DNA of 64,000 bases from Acanthaster planci. Taxonomy: Eukaryota. Of this stretch, positions 35,856-47,900 are shown piece by piece. The position numbers were made by a program, and so were the translations under genes. The notes under the pieces were generated by a model. The model was not told the DNA's origin, ran no database searches, and saw only the letters and a program-made list of their open reading frames with translations. The DNA is taken from the NCBI RefSeq assembly GCF_001949145.1, contig NW_019091362.1, forward strand, positions 2,964,204 through 3,028,203. Direction: 5' to 3'. The number at the start of each line of letters is the position of its first letter. Within the stretch, counting starts at the first letter, position 1.

Positions 35856-36276
35856 CTGGAAGTTCGTTTCGGACACGGCCACAGTGTGACAGCCAACCTC
35901 TGCTTTATCCACCTACCACGTGACAGGCTCACGACCAATCCGCCTTGAGCAGAAGCACCCCTTCAACGGTTTAACAGAACCAGGTTGGGATACTCATTTT
36001 GCTGGCCAACGCGACCGCAATGCGTGCATTTCATAATCGTTCATAAACCAGCGAAATGCAGTTCCGACCAAAAGAGTATCCGTTGCCAGGAAAATTGCGC
36101 CCTCTACTGGTCCAGCTCGGGGCGCACAGGAATGGCTGAAATGTCTCATGTATTTATGAATTACTGATTAAAAGGTATCCTTACTTTTAAATCCTAAATT
36201 AAAGCACCACCTATAATCGCTCGTTCAGTTGAAATGATTAATTATTTAGTTAAAATATTGTTATTGACAAGTCTGC

Positions 36277-36402
36277 AATACGGGCGATTCACAATAGTGC
36301 GCCTCCAAGAGTTTGCAACGCGTTGACCTATCACAGAGCGCGAAATCTGCGGACCCTTTCCAAACGCGAATTGGGTCGACACCATTGTGAAACGCCCGTA
36401 TT
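36277..36402. mobile_element. 126-bp MITE with terminal inverted repeats
   Basis: AATACGGGCGATTCACAAT ... ATTGTGAAACGCCCGTATT; second copy at 1345. Confidence 0.85.
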
Positions 36403-38797
36403 ATGGAAAGTGAGCAGCTATGTCTGCCCGTTCCATAAACATCATTTTCAGTTCACACTTTGGCGTCATTTCAATTTAACATACCAAATGATTGTATGCA
36501 AGAATTCAACACTTCCAAGAGGACCAATGCACAAAATTTAACATTGGTTTTACCCTTGTTCGGAAAGCATAAACAGAGGCCTTACGTTCATTATTCTCGC
36601 CGAGTGAGGTTCATTTATTTTCCGTCATTCTTGAAAGTTATGGAAATGAAACCTCCGTGGCTGAATTACAATAGGTCAAAGGCATACTAAATCGATGACG
36701 TAATGGGTCTGATAAGTACAGGGTTCACGTACTCAGGATTTTTTTGTAACTGGTCAGCGGCGCTCAGATCCCCATGGAATCGTCTCCCCACAGTCTGACC
36801 TTCCGGCAAATTTTCTTCCAGAACCAACAAAAATACCATAATTGCCGTGGAGGTCTTGACCTTTGCCATTTCTTTGTCTTTGGTGGCGACTGCCAGGGGC
36901 CGTTCTTGGGCAATTAGTGGGGTCGAGTTGGCACGGGGCCTGTTAGGTCTATCGCGGCGAATTATGAAATCGCCGCGTAACAAGATTCGCCTGTTTTCAT
37001 TTTTTGACTGTGTGCGTAGCCGGGAAGCCAACAGCATTTCTTATCCCAGTCTCTGAGGAAAATAAATTCATTTGATCTCAAGGGCGTCGCAAATGATCAA
37101 AGCATGATCAAAGCGACCGCCGATTAATTAGATAAACAACAACATAGCTTGTTTGATTAAGATTAATCCATACCAGTAACCTTCGATCCTGTGGCATGGG
37201 AAAGGTGGAAGGTCAGCAGTGTGCAGTCGCAGCTGTATCTAAAAAAATTCCTGAATGGATGAGAAACATGGGCGTCGCCATTTTTTTGGGAGGGGGAGGG
37301 GCACTCAACATTATCAGAACAATAAAAGCTTCAACAGTGGTGGAGGAGTCCATTCCGAGACACATTCAAAAAATGGGCATCAAGTGTTTTTATGTTCTCT
37401 CGGCTTCTTTTAACTGACTTCTAAGACATATATTCCCGCATAAAAATATATTTTGTTGTCTTTAAAGTGCCCCATCATTTTAAAGTTTGAACTGTATACA
37501 ACCTATGTACAAACAATTCATTAATGGTATGTACATCCTCCAGTGGCCCCCTTACGCTAGTTTTTCCAGTTTCTACCTGTGGTGTCGCCCTCGCAGAAGT
37601 GTTCTGATATTGGGCCGAGACACGACCAAAAGTAGCTAGGGGGCTAATATTCACAACCCCGACTAAAAACTCCACTTCAGGCCTATGTCGCTCTTGAGCC
37701 AAAAATGGGCACAGATTATGCCCTTCCTGTGCAAATAACTGGAATGTGGTGTTGTGGGAGGTGATCAGTGACTACAGAAAGAAACTGTTCTGCTATCTAT
37801 TTCATGTATTTGCCCTTATTTCAGCTGACAGAAAGTTAGTAAACAAATTCCATCTCCCAATGATTAGTTATTTTGAGGTTGGTGAACATCTGCGGAACGG
37901 TTCAAAGAGTTAGGATGATGGGTGTGCATGTCCCTGGCAATTGTGCCTGGAAATTAGACACAAATAGATTATCAGCGAGAACAGCTGAACCATCTATCGG
38001 AAGACTAAACTAAACAGGTAAATGGAAGACTTCGATTGTCACCAAAAAAGGAGACACATCTGGAAGAAGGCCCCAGCCAGAAAGCACGGGCTACGCTCGA
38101 TCAGCCTAGAGCGACAGGTGAGATTTTGCCTGGTAGCCATGGTGTATTTTATGCACAAGTTATCAGGAAGAATCGACCAGTAGTCGAGAATCGTTTCCTG
38201 TTCTAGCCTGGCCCTTGGCTAAGAGCAAGGACACAATCCCCTGGCCCTTCGGAAACTGTCAGCTCGTTGCAGCATCCGCGGTTGAGACGCCTCCTAAGCT
38301 TAGGTTCTCGGCAAGCTCGTGTCTAAACGCCCTCTTTAGCAAAAAAATTAAGTTGTGCAAAAAGGCAACAAGCGGACGCTATACCGGAAACTAATTAGGC
38401 CTTATCCCCACAATGGTTGTCCCAAAGTTTCGGCTGCCGCTGGAAATAGACTTCTTCTCTTGTTATGTTAAAGTCGTACCGTTTGCCTACAAGTGGTTGG
38501 AAAACTGTGGCTGGCTGCCACATGAAGTAAAATAATAAATCATAAAGTGTAAAGAAAAACCCGTAGCTATTCAAACACTAATGATGAATGCAACTACTTC
38601 CTCAAATGAAAATCCCTCCCTTTTTTATACTGATGGGGCTAAATTGCTTGCAAACATAGGTAACATTCCTGCAAACAGTGGCCACCCGTTAAAGTTGGTT
38701 GATGGTGTCTGAACAAAGGAAATTCTGCTGCACAAGCCACCGGCTACGACTGCTTTGGATAGAAAAACGTTACGACCACCCAAGACTCGGTTAGAGT

Positions 38798-39706
38798 CAC
38801 AGACATATAAACGCATAGACCGCCGGTCTTGCGCGTAAAATCGTGTTTTTGAAAAGTATGGGCAAACAATGTGCCGGAAGCGACGCGTCCAATGCGCATT
38901 ACGCGCAACGCACTTACATTGCCTGTATTTTGTTTACATGTGCTCCCAAAATGCGTTCACCTTTTTGCTCCTTTGTACTGCTAACTTTTCTTTTCAGATG
39001 TTGCGACTGCATTGTTTTGAATCCTCAGGGACCAGATTAAGTAAATATAAGTCTGTTACAATCGGAAAATGGCTTCATGGAATGTTATGACTGGAATTCT
39101 TCAACTGTGCTTAAATTCCCTATACCGAGGGGTGAATTTGCCCATAGTTTTGATTTTAGTCGGGTGCCGCGCAGATCACAAAAAACCTGTAGTTTTGAAT
39201 AGGACCTGGCGGTCTATGCGTTTATGGCTGAGTTTTGGCGGCTTGTTCTCGTATGTTCGGGAACAGCTCGATTTGTTGTTTGTGGATCGGCCGCTCGAAC
39301 GCTGGGAATGTACAACCGGTTATCGCTACTAGTTACTTGTAGCATGCAAGCAACATGCAACAAACATGCAACATGGCGGCGTCCTTGTACATTCTTCGGA
39401 AAGTTAATGTTTGAGCTAACTTTTCATTAAAAAATCATATCTGTCACAGAAAATTATTGATGTTAATTGTGCAAAACTTTCCATTGTCTCCAGTTTTGTA
39501 AAACCATCTCCATAGTTTTTGCAGCTTTTCAAAAATCAAATCTTACGAGTTTTCCCGTGTGTTCGTGTAAAACCCTGACGAGGAGGTGAGGGTCTGAACC
39601 TGTTCCGAGAATAGTGTTCTTGGGTCATGTTCCCGCCATTGGAGCGTGAGGAACGCGAAACCCGTGTCAAGAACAGGCCCGCCCGAACTCGACCTATATG
39701 TCTGTG
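38798..39706. mobile_element. Composite non-autonomous DNA element with CACAGACATATA termini
   Basis: CACAGACATATA ... TATATGTCTGTG; flanks GTTAGAGT/GTTAAGGT (6/8, possible TSD). The two halves are homologous to 35352-35763 and 1804-2268. Confidence 0.8.
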
Positions 39707-42700
39707 GTTAAGGTGCTTTGATGGCACAAACCAAAGAGCGCCCTCTTTTGTAAGACTTTAATGCGAAAAGGCCGCAAGAGGGCCCTGTTGCCTAAATCAC
39801 TCACAGACACTGATACTTATTGGTAACATTCGTTGCGAAGTAGAGAACCATTATGTTTCACGAGTCCGGTATACCACCAGAGGGCCCCTTGTAAAGATGA
39901 AGGCCAGAGCCCAAGTGATCACATGCCCTGAATTGTTTGTACGTCTTAGGGCAGAGCTGTAGGCCTATGTAGAGAGAGTAGCGTCGTCTTTGGACTTAAA
40001 GACCAAAACGGTTGTTCATTACCTGTGCAGTACAGCATGCAGCTATGGTATGCTAATTGCCATCCATGTGCACTGCCATTTTGGTTCTAACAGTTGACGT
40101 AACTCTCTCAATGAAAACATCTGAATCACACTGAGCAAAAGTAGGGCCGTTTCCCAATTACTTGGCGAGGCTGCGGTCTAAAATTACGCACGTGTCTGTG
40201 GTAGTAGTCGCAGCCAGTTCCAGTGGAGTCGCGTAATTTCAAGCCACTGTCTAACGGCTATACGTGTACTGCATGCAAGCGCGTGTATTTGGCCTATTCC
40301 TCATTCGAGGTGGCAAAAAATGGGGTAGCACTTTTACATTAATTTTAAAAATATAAATACTGCATCTGCTTTTGTAGCAACAACTAACTGTTGCTACTCA
40401 TTTTGCCAATGTACTTAAACCTGCTGTTCATACTTTTCCTCATTGACAGACGTATCCAACATATTTGGATGGTGTGAGAGATCAGGTAGCCATGGGGTGC
40501 ACTGCTTGAGCTCACGGGGACGAGGTTGCTGTCGTATCCACTGTCCTGTTTTGCTTTCCACCTCTTTTACTAAGCACTGGGAATGGCAAATTCCTTTCAC
40601 AAAATCTTGTGCAGGAAATAATGTCACAGCTATGGACGCGGTAAGGATTGTAGGTTACTTGTTGACCTATTATCAACGCATGTATAGAGGGCCCAGGCCT
40701 ACATTCAGCGTAAACATGTAGCGCGCAGGTTGCAATGTTGACCCGTGTTATAATTTAAATTAATTCTGTCCAGTGAGAGCTGGAGAATGCAGCCAATGTC
40801 TTTCACAGAAAATAGTGCCCCCGTAGAGTCGAGCAGTTCGCCTCCCCGGCTAGCTACCTGCTTTGAGAAACGGAGTAGAATATAAAGTAACCATAGGGAC
40901 GAAGTTGGAAGGAAACTCAACTACAATAGGGCCTAAACCCGGCATGGGCGGTGGGGTACCCCCCTTACATCTCCGATACACACTCTATACTATTGTTACC
41001 TAACACACACACCCGTGTCTGTATAGAATTCCTAAGATTCCGATCAAACAATGACCAACACAAAGGTGTGGGGGGGGGGGGCGGAGGGTGCTCTCCTCTA
41101 TATCTTGCTTCATATGTTAGGGCCTAGCCGACCACCAATGTTAGGTTATCCGTGTACACGCATAGTACGCATATTGTGCAGACACGCCAGTTTTTATTTG
41201 GTTAACTTAATCCAAACTGTATCTTTCTGTTGGGAGTTCAAGAGCAAATGATCTTCATAATTCTGTTTCGTTGGATTCGGCAACAGGTACGAAACCAAAA
41301 CAAAAGAATCACGATTGTTCGGATTAGGATCCTGTTAAACAATAACTCAAAATATCATGCTCAAGAAGACCTAACGTTGTAGGAAGTTACTTTTTTAATG
41401 TTGGCATGGCAGGGATGTACATGTACGATCGAAAAATGTGCAAACCTTTCTAGAAATTGCGGAGGAGCGCCACCAAGTGTTTCATCCATTATCTGCTTCC
41501 AGTGTCTACAGCTTTTCTTGCTCAATAAGCGAAAACAAGGGCGGATCTAAGAATTTTTCCAGAGATGGTCAGGTCTCTCAGATTTTGTTTATGTCCGATG
41601 GTTACAGACAGGTTTTTTTGCGGGGGTATCGGAGCGGGGGGGGTCGACCCCCAATCTCCATGGACCCATATCTGGAAAGGCTGTTTTCCTAATCCTCCCA
41701 AAGACAAATATAACTTTTATTGCACTTTCATTTTTCATCTGATGACCACCTATATTTTCTAATTTTTTTTTACCCATATATCCCAAAACTACTTCATAAG
41801 AAGGTGATTTAATATGTAGAAAAACCTTCGTCAAGAATAGAGGGAGATTTTTCCCAATAGACCTATGAAGACTCGGTGTGCCAAAGATCTCCTCAATGGA
41901 GTCCTGCGTGGTCCACTCACGAAATCATGAGCATGTCGTTCTGGGTTTCAACATCAAAGCTCACGTGGTCCATTTTGAAATTAAAGTCTATGTTTTCAAT
42001 TTTTCGAATGGTTTTTATTTAGAGACTGAAATCTTGGACAAATTTTATGTTTTTTTATATATTACATTGTATGTTTCTAAGCAGTGTCTTACACTCTGCC
42101 GAAAAACACGAGAAGACAGATTTCGCTCGTCACCCAACGCCTGAACAGGGCGCTGGAAAGGACTGATACTTTGCACTGTGATTGGCTACATTGTGCACGA
42201 CCCTGAAATGCGAGGTTATCAATTTCTGTTAGCGAAATGTTATTCATTTTTTTGGGTTTTCCAATTGCAATGCTTTGGTACAGGCAAAGTGTCGGATATA
42301 TGATAAAAACACGGCCTTGGAACAATCAAAGCGTGGTGGTTTATCTTCTCACGATGTATCACTGACCGCTTGTCTTTGGTGGTACATTTCAAATCATTGG
42401 CTATCTTGATCAACTTTGGACGAACGAATTAAGTGGAGTGAGAATATTTTCAGCAATGAGGAAGAAAAAGAAAAAATATCGAATTGATAACCACCGCTTG
42501 TGTAACGTATTGAGCGAGCTTACGCACCTGGCAGGAATTACCCACAATGCTCTGCGCGTCATTAGCTGTGACCCCGTGTGACGTATTTCCTTCACTAAAT
42601 TCTGTGCAAGGCTATCAGCCCTTCCCAGGCAAAAAGATAGACATGCTTTCTCTGACTTCGTCTGGTGCTTTACTCATCTATAAACCAGGCATAGTAAACA

Positions 42701-44483
42701 TGAGTTCCAGGGGAGTTCTCACTTATACTTTTTAGCGGACATGTCTGTTGTTCAATGTCTTCATTTCAAAATGTGTATGAGATTTTCAAGCAAAATAATG
42801 GAAAAACATGAGCGTATCCAAACCACAATTAAGTCTTTGGCTTATCTAATGTTTTATGACATGCCTTATTTGAAGATTCCAAAATGATTCGTAATCAAGT
42901 CAGCCATGTTGTCTTTTCAAAATAACGAAACAGCATACTCATCACTCATACCACCTTTTGCAATTTTACAATTACTTTATTGATTGAGTTTTCACATTCA
43001 TTGTGGGTTGTAAATACAAAGTAAACATGAACCTTGTGTGGAATTCGTAGCATATAAAGTAATTTTGATTTTTTTAATACACTTGAAAAATTTGGCACAT
43101 TTTTTCTAAGTGCTTGACTTCACTTACCATTTAGATCTCCATTGCGTAGTAATACTATACTAATTGCAAGGTGCTTATGGCTTAGTTAAATTGTAACTGA
43201 AAATGAGTCAGATCAAATAACCTCTCATAGATGTATTAGTCATTGTTTATTATTACCCCCATTTCATTTCCTCAGAATTACAGCCTTTTACCACGTATAT
43301 GCTGACTCTAAATGATCCTCCAATTTTCCCAAGTCACATATTTTAATTTCTTCACTTTTACATTTCTACATTTCCACCTTCGAGAAATTGTCGATTTCTC
43401 CCGTAGTATTCAATGTTTCTGGGCGATTGTGCCAAATTCTGATTACTCCCTTGATTATTTCGCGAAATCTACAAAAGCACGAGATCATTAAAAATTTGTC
43501 AACTTCCATTTTTTCCTCACCCGCATTAGAACAAAGCATACCTGTCACTGAAAACCTAGCCAAGTTCACATCAAAAGTCTGAGACCTTTTTCTTTTAGGG
43601 GATGTTCTTTCTCTTTGTTAAAAACTTACTCCATCGTGCTCTACAATATGCAGCTGTCTAAAAAAATAAATTAGCACCACATGAATGCACTTAGAACGTT
43701 TCATTCATAGTTCATTAGCAAAGAACCCATCACAGTCCAATAACAGACATTTAGAAACATGTCGAAGTATTCAAAACCTTCCCACTGGCCAAGAAAACAC
43801 GATACATGCACAAAGAACATTAAGAAAATTTTTCATATTTTTCAATAATCACTGCGGTAGATTTCCACATTCAGCATTGTCCCTTTTTCGCAATTATGCA
43901 GAATTCAACGGATTTTATTAGAGTTTATTAAACAGTTTGTTAGTTTGATTCTCAACGAAGCATTACCAGTGAGTTCTTCTTTTTCAACTTTATCCGTTTA
44001 GCTTATTTTGCTGGGATGTTCAATTGCAATTATCTTTAGATATTTACAAGTGATAAACGGTCAGGACTGTTTTGCCATAATGATCGTTCTTAATAAAATG
44101 AGCATTGTTTTATTATTTCGGAAAATCCACCGAAAATCCCCAAAGATCTGGCACGATAAGTTAAACTCTGTTTTTACACTCGTTACGGATCTTCGAACAT
44201 CTTTAATTGCGATATCCCAAGAATACAATATCAGTGACGTTGATAAGGATTTGTTTTAATCCATACAAAATACGAGCGTCATATGCAAATGCTACATACC
44301 GCCTTTCAATATTGTGACGACAGAACTGCTGTGGAAGTGTGACTTCCATTTCCTTCGATAAAGTGATTTGTTTTAACATTCTGAGGTGTTTCTTTAATTA
44401 GAGCAGAATTATGTACACAGTCTTTTTGTGACAATAAATACACGTGAGAGCTGGAGTATGATACAAAATCGGTTGTTTTCTGT

Positions 44484-44987
44484 TCATTTCTCGCCTTCTT
44501 CGGAATCTTCCACCGATCCTCGATCTGTCTCGGAGTTACTGCAGTTATTCTCCTTGTGCTCTTCTGTGTGTAGCACGCCTTGCAGCTGCTTGATGTACCG
44601 GATGGCCATCCTTAGCGTCTCCACCTTGCTCAGCCGTTTCTCCGGGTTCTCCGTGGGTAGATGCTCACGCAGCCGCGCATAGCCCTCGTTGACATTCCGG
44701 ACTCGCTCCCGCTCTCGCTCGTTCCGCCGCCGGATGAAAGACGGCTCTAGGTCGTAGAAACCGAAGGGGCTGGGCAGGGGCACATAGCTGCTATAGTGGC
44801 CCATGAAGGAACCCGCGTAGCGGGGGTCCAGGTAGTTTGGGATGGGCAGGGTGACATCTGTGTTGTTGCCGTGCTCGCGAAGTGGGTACAGGCCAGCGGC
44901 CGTGGGACAGTCGCTCATGGGAATGCCGAGCTGGACGCAGGTCGGCGTGGAGTAGATGGCCGATTCAGAATGCGGTTCCTCCATCAT
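44484..44987 (-). CDS. ASCL3/4/5-like: Achaete-scute family ASCb (ASCL3/4/5-like) bHLH, 167 aa, single coding exon
   Basis: FGFYDLEPSFIRRRNERERERVRNVNEGYARLREHLPTENPEKRLSKVETLRMAIRYIKQLQ is the ASCb signature. The ORF-track start at 45008 is GTG; the first ATG is in a good context (gccaacATG) at 44987. Confidence 0.95.
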   Translation of the reverse strand: MMEEPHSESAIYSTPTCVQLGIPMSDCPTAAGLYPLREHGNNTDVTLPIPNYLDPRYAGSFMGHYSSYVPLPSPFGFYDLEPSFIRRRNERERERVRNVNEGYARLREHLPTENPEKRLSKVETLRMAIRYIKQLQGVLHTEEHKENNCSNSETDRGSVEDSEEGEK

Positions 44988-47900
44988 GTTGGCGGTAAAT
45001 CGAGACACTAGTGTCTAGCACTTTTGTTTTCAACCAAACTAATACTGACTGTGTTCAACGATGAATTATACGGACTGTTTGATACGGTTAACTCGAACCA
45101 TTCAGAATGATTCAGAGCAACTCTGACGACTGTAGAGAGAGAACTTCTTCTGGACTGCAGTTGTGATCTGTATACCCAAGAGGTTGCCTGAGTACACAGA
45201 TATTGTTGATGAAGATGATGAAACGATGAATGGTGGCTTTGAATTGACTCCCGGGACAGGACAACCGAACTGTAGAAATCTGGAGAAACAAAGCATTAAA
45301 CGGAAAAGATTTGTGCACTGAATCTTAAAACGACAGTCATAACAGAAAGATTTGATTTTTTTAAATCGGTGTCGAATGTTATTCACATGCTACTATCAGC
45401 AACCTGGTGATCGTACTTTGATTTACTATGTTGAAAATATCAAAACCATTCATAAATGTTCGCTTTTGAACCAACTTCTAGAACAGAGTTGTGCATTCAT
45501 GGAGGTGCACGGTCTGTTACGTCTTGAGCACCTGCTTAATAGATAAAAGTGCAGTAAAAACCCAAGACGACACCATGCCTTGCACTTTAGCAGACAGTAA
45601 TGCTTTCAACACGTCAACGTCACTAGTCATAACTGTCACTTTCCAGTTGGCGATTCTTTCTGGCCCGCACGGTGCACTTTCCTATTGAAATATCACCCTA
45701 AGTCGATTTGACGTTGATGGGAGTAGGTTATTGTAATGTGAGTGCGAAGTGTGTTAACTGAGCAACGCATTTTTGGTAAAAAGAGAAAAGAGAAAGGAAG
45801 GTTGCCACATTATTTCCATACGCAATGGAAAAACTGGGGGCTTATTCAGGGCTACAAAACATTGACGTCTCTTTGAAAAGTGATGTCTAGGTTTTGGAGA
45901 GAACATTGATAAAATCAACTGCTCAGAAGGTAAGCTTTGGCGAAAAAATGTGCTACAAATCGCCGCTAATACCATGGAAAGGTAGGAGTGTTTTGATTTG
46001 TGTCGGAACGTCGACGCCAAATTTCATTAAAGCTTATACACGAGTGTACGCACGGTGTTAAAGAAAGGATTTTTAGCTCAACAAATTGATACTTAACTGC
46101 CCATCCGCTTTGCATTCGCCGTCTCTCTTTCACACATGATTTTAATATGGTGGAATTGGACCGGAATCAACCACAAATTGAGGTAACTCATATCGAGTAT
46201 TCTCTGAATGTAATTTTGTCAAACATATTCAGTCAATGTGTTTACAGCAATGTTCCATATGAGAAAGTTAAAAAAAAATTACAAGAGCTTACTCATGTTT
46301 TGTCAGAAAAGCTCATTTTACTGACCTGCATAACATGAACTAAAAAATCAAAGACCTTTAGGGTGAGCTGGGTAAAAAAAAATGTTCAGGACTCGTGTCA
46401 TTGCCCTTGTTAGACAACAAAAACTACCGTATTCACCGAGCGACGGGTAATAATAGACGACGGCCCGCTGAGCGGGCAATTGCGGGGCCAGGGGAACCCT
46501 TAATCATGCCCTCCCCGGTGAAGCTGAAATAGACGCGGGGTGACGGTATGCGAAACATGGTGGGCTAACTCGTCGGGGTTTGGAGTATCAAGAGCCCACT
46601 ATCGCGTCAGGGAAGTCGGATTGCTCCGCTTGTTTGCTCCCCAAATTATATCGCTATTACCGGAATGTCTTTTTTGTGTGGAGCCGTCCCAGACGCAACA
46701 GAGGTTTTTGTAAGAAAAAAAAAACACACTCAAAAAACCAAAACAAAACAATGGCGCCAGTTTGCCAGACTACTGACACCAAAAGAAACCTTAAATAAGT
46801 TGGGAAAGTTGATTTTCCCAAGACGTTAGTCTTTTTAGCGACACATCTCGTCCATTGAGACACCATGAAAACATGTTCCCTATTTTTTTGTCTTTAATGG
46901 CTCGGGAAAAAGTGCACGCAATTCATAACTGTCACCAGCAACATCCCACTTGCTTGAAAAGAATTTAAAAAAAAATAGAATGAAATTTAAAAATTGGCCA
47001 GTTCCTCATTTCCCTGCACTACAAATCTGGACATGCCTCTTACTGGAAAACGTCATATTCAAACCGTTGGAGACTTAGGCCTAACCGCCTAGCCCTTTTC
47101 GCGATGTAAACACTTCGATATTCTGCTGTAAATTTGTTTAACACTTGACGAAAAGTATTGGGTAATGTTATTTAACTCGAAAATTGGTATAAAAATAACT
47201 TTACTGATGGCTGATTCCGGTAAAATTGTACCCACCATGGGAAAGAATTCGCCCCCAAGTGTTAAAATGTAATATATGGACCAACGTTGGGTGTAAAAGG
47301 TTTAGAAACATCTGCACTTGCACAGTGGATTTTAAGCGCACACATAATTGGAAACAGGCTTAAATCATGGCATGGAAAGGTACCGATTTGTAATATCAGA
47401 TTCTACGACAGCACGTCTATTTTGTTAATCTTGATTTTTGTTTGGATCTCTTTTTTAAAGATATGTCCGTTGAGAAGAGTCTAACATAGGTAAAATTTGT
47501 GCAGATGTCTAATTTGGGTTTAGCAAAATCCAGAATTTGTGAGTAACAACTACCGGTAACTACCGAACTGTATTTTCTGACATTTTTTGTTCACTTAAGA
47601 TTTCAGATGCAGATGCTTTTCCTGATGTTTCATATCTGCGAGGATCCCTCAAATACGAGTTCATGTAGAAAGTAAATCGATGCCGTCTTGCCGTCTACAT
47701 CTTCTTACAACTGGCATATTCTCATCTTCAGGACTGATGAAACAGACGTCTTTGATTCATTACAAAGCAAGCGCAGAATGACCACAAAATACAAATTATC
47801 AAATTTTTCTCAGGATTAATACGGCATGATCTGTGCGAATAAAACAACAACAGATCCTTCCCTCGGTGCAGTGGCCACTGGATTGAGATACTTGGAAACA

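Noticed and set aside
44988..45008. N-terminal extension of the ASCb ORF in the ORF track
   Set aside because: It starts at GTG; the eukaryotic start is the ATG at 44987.
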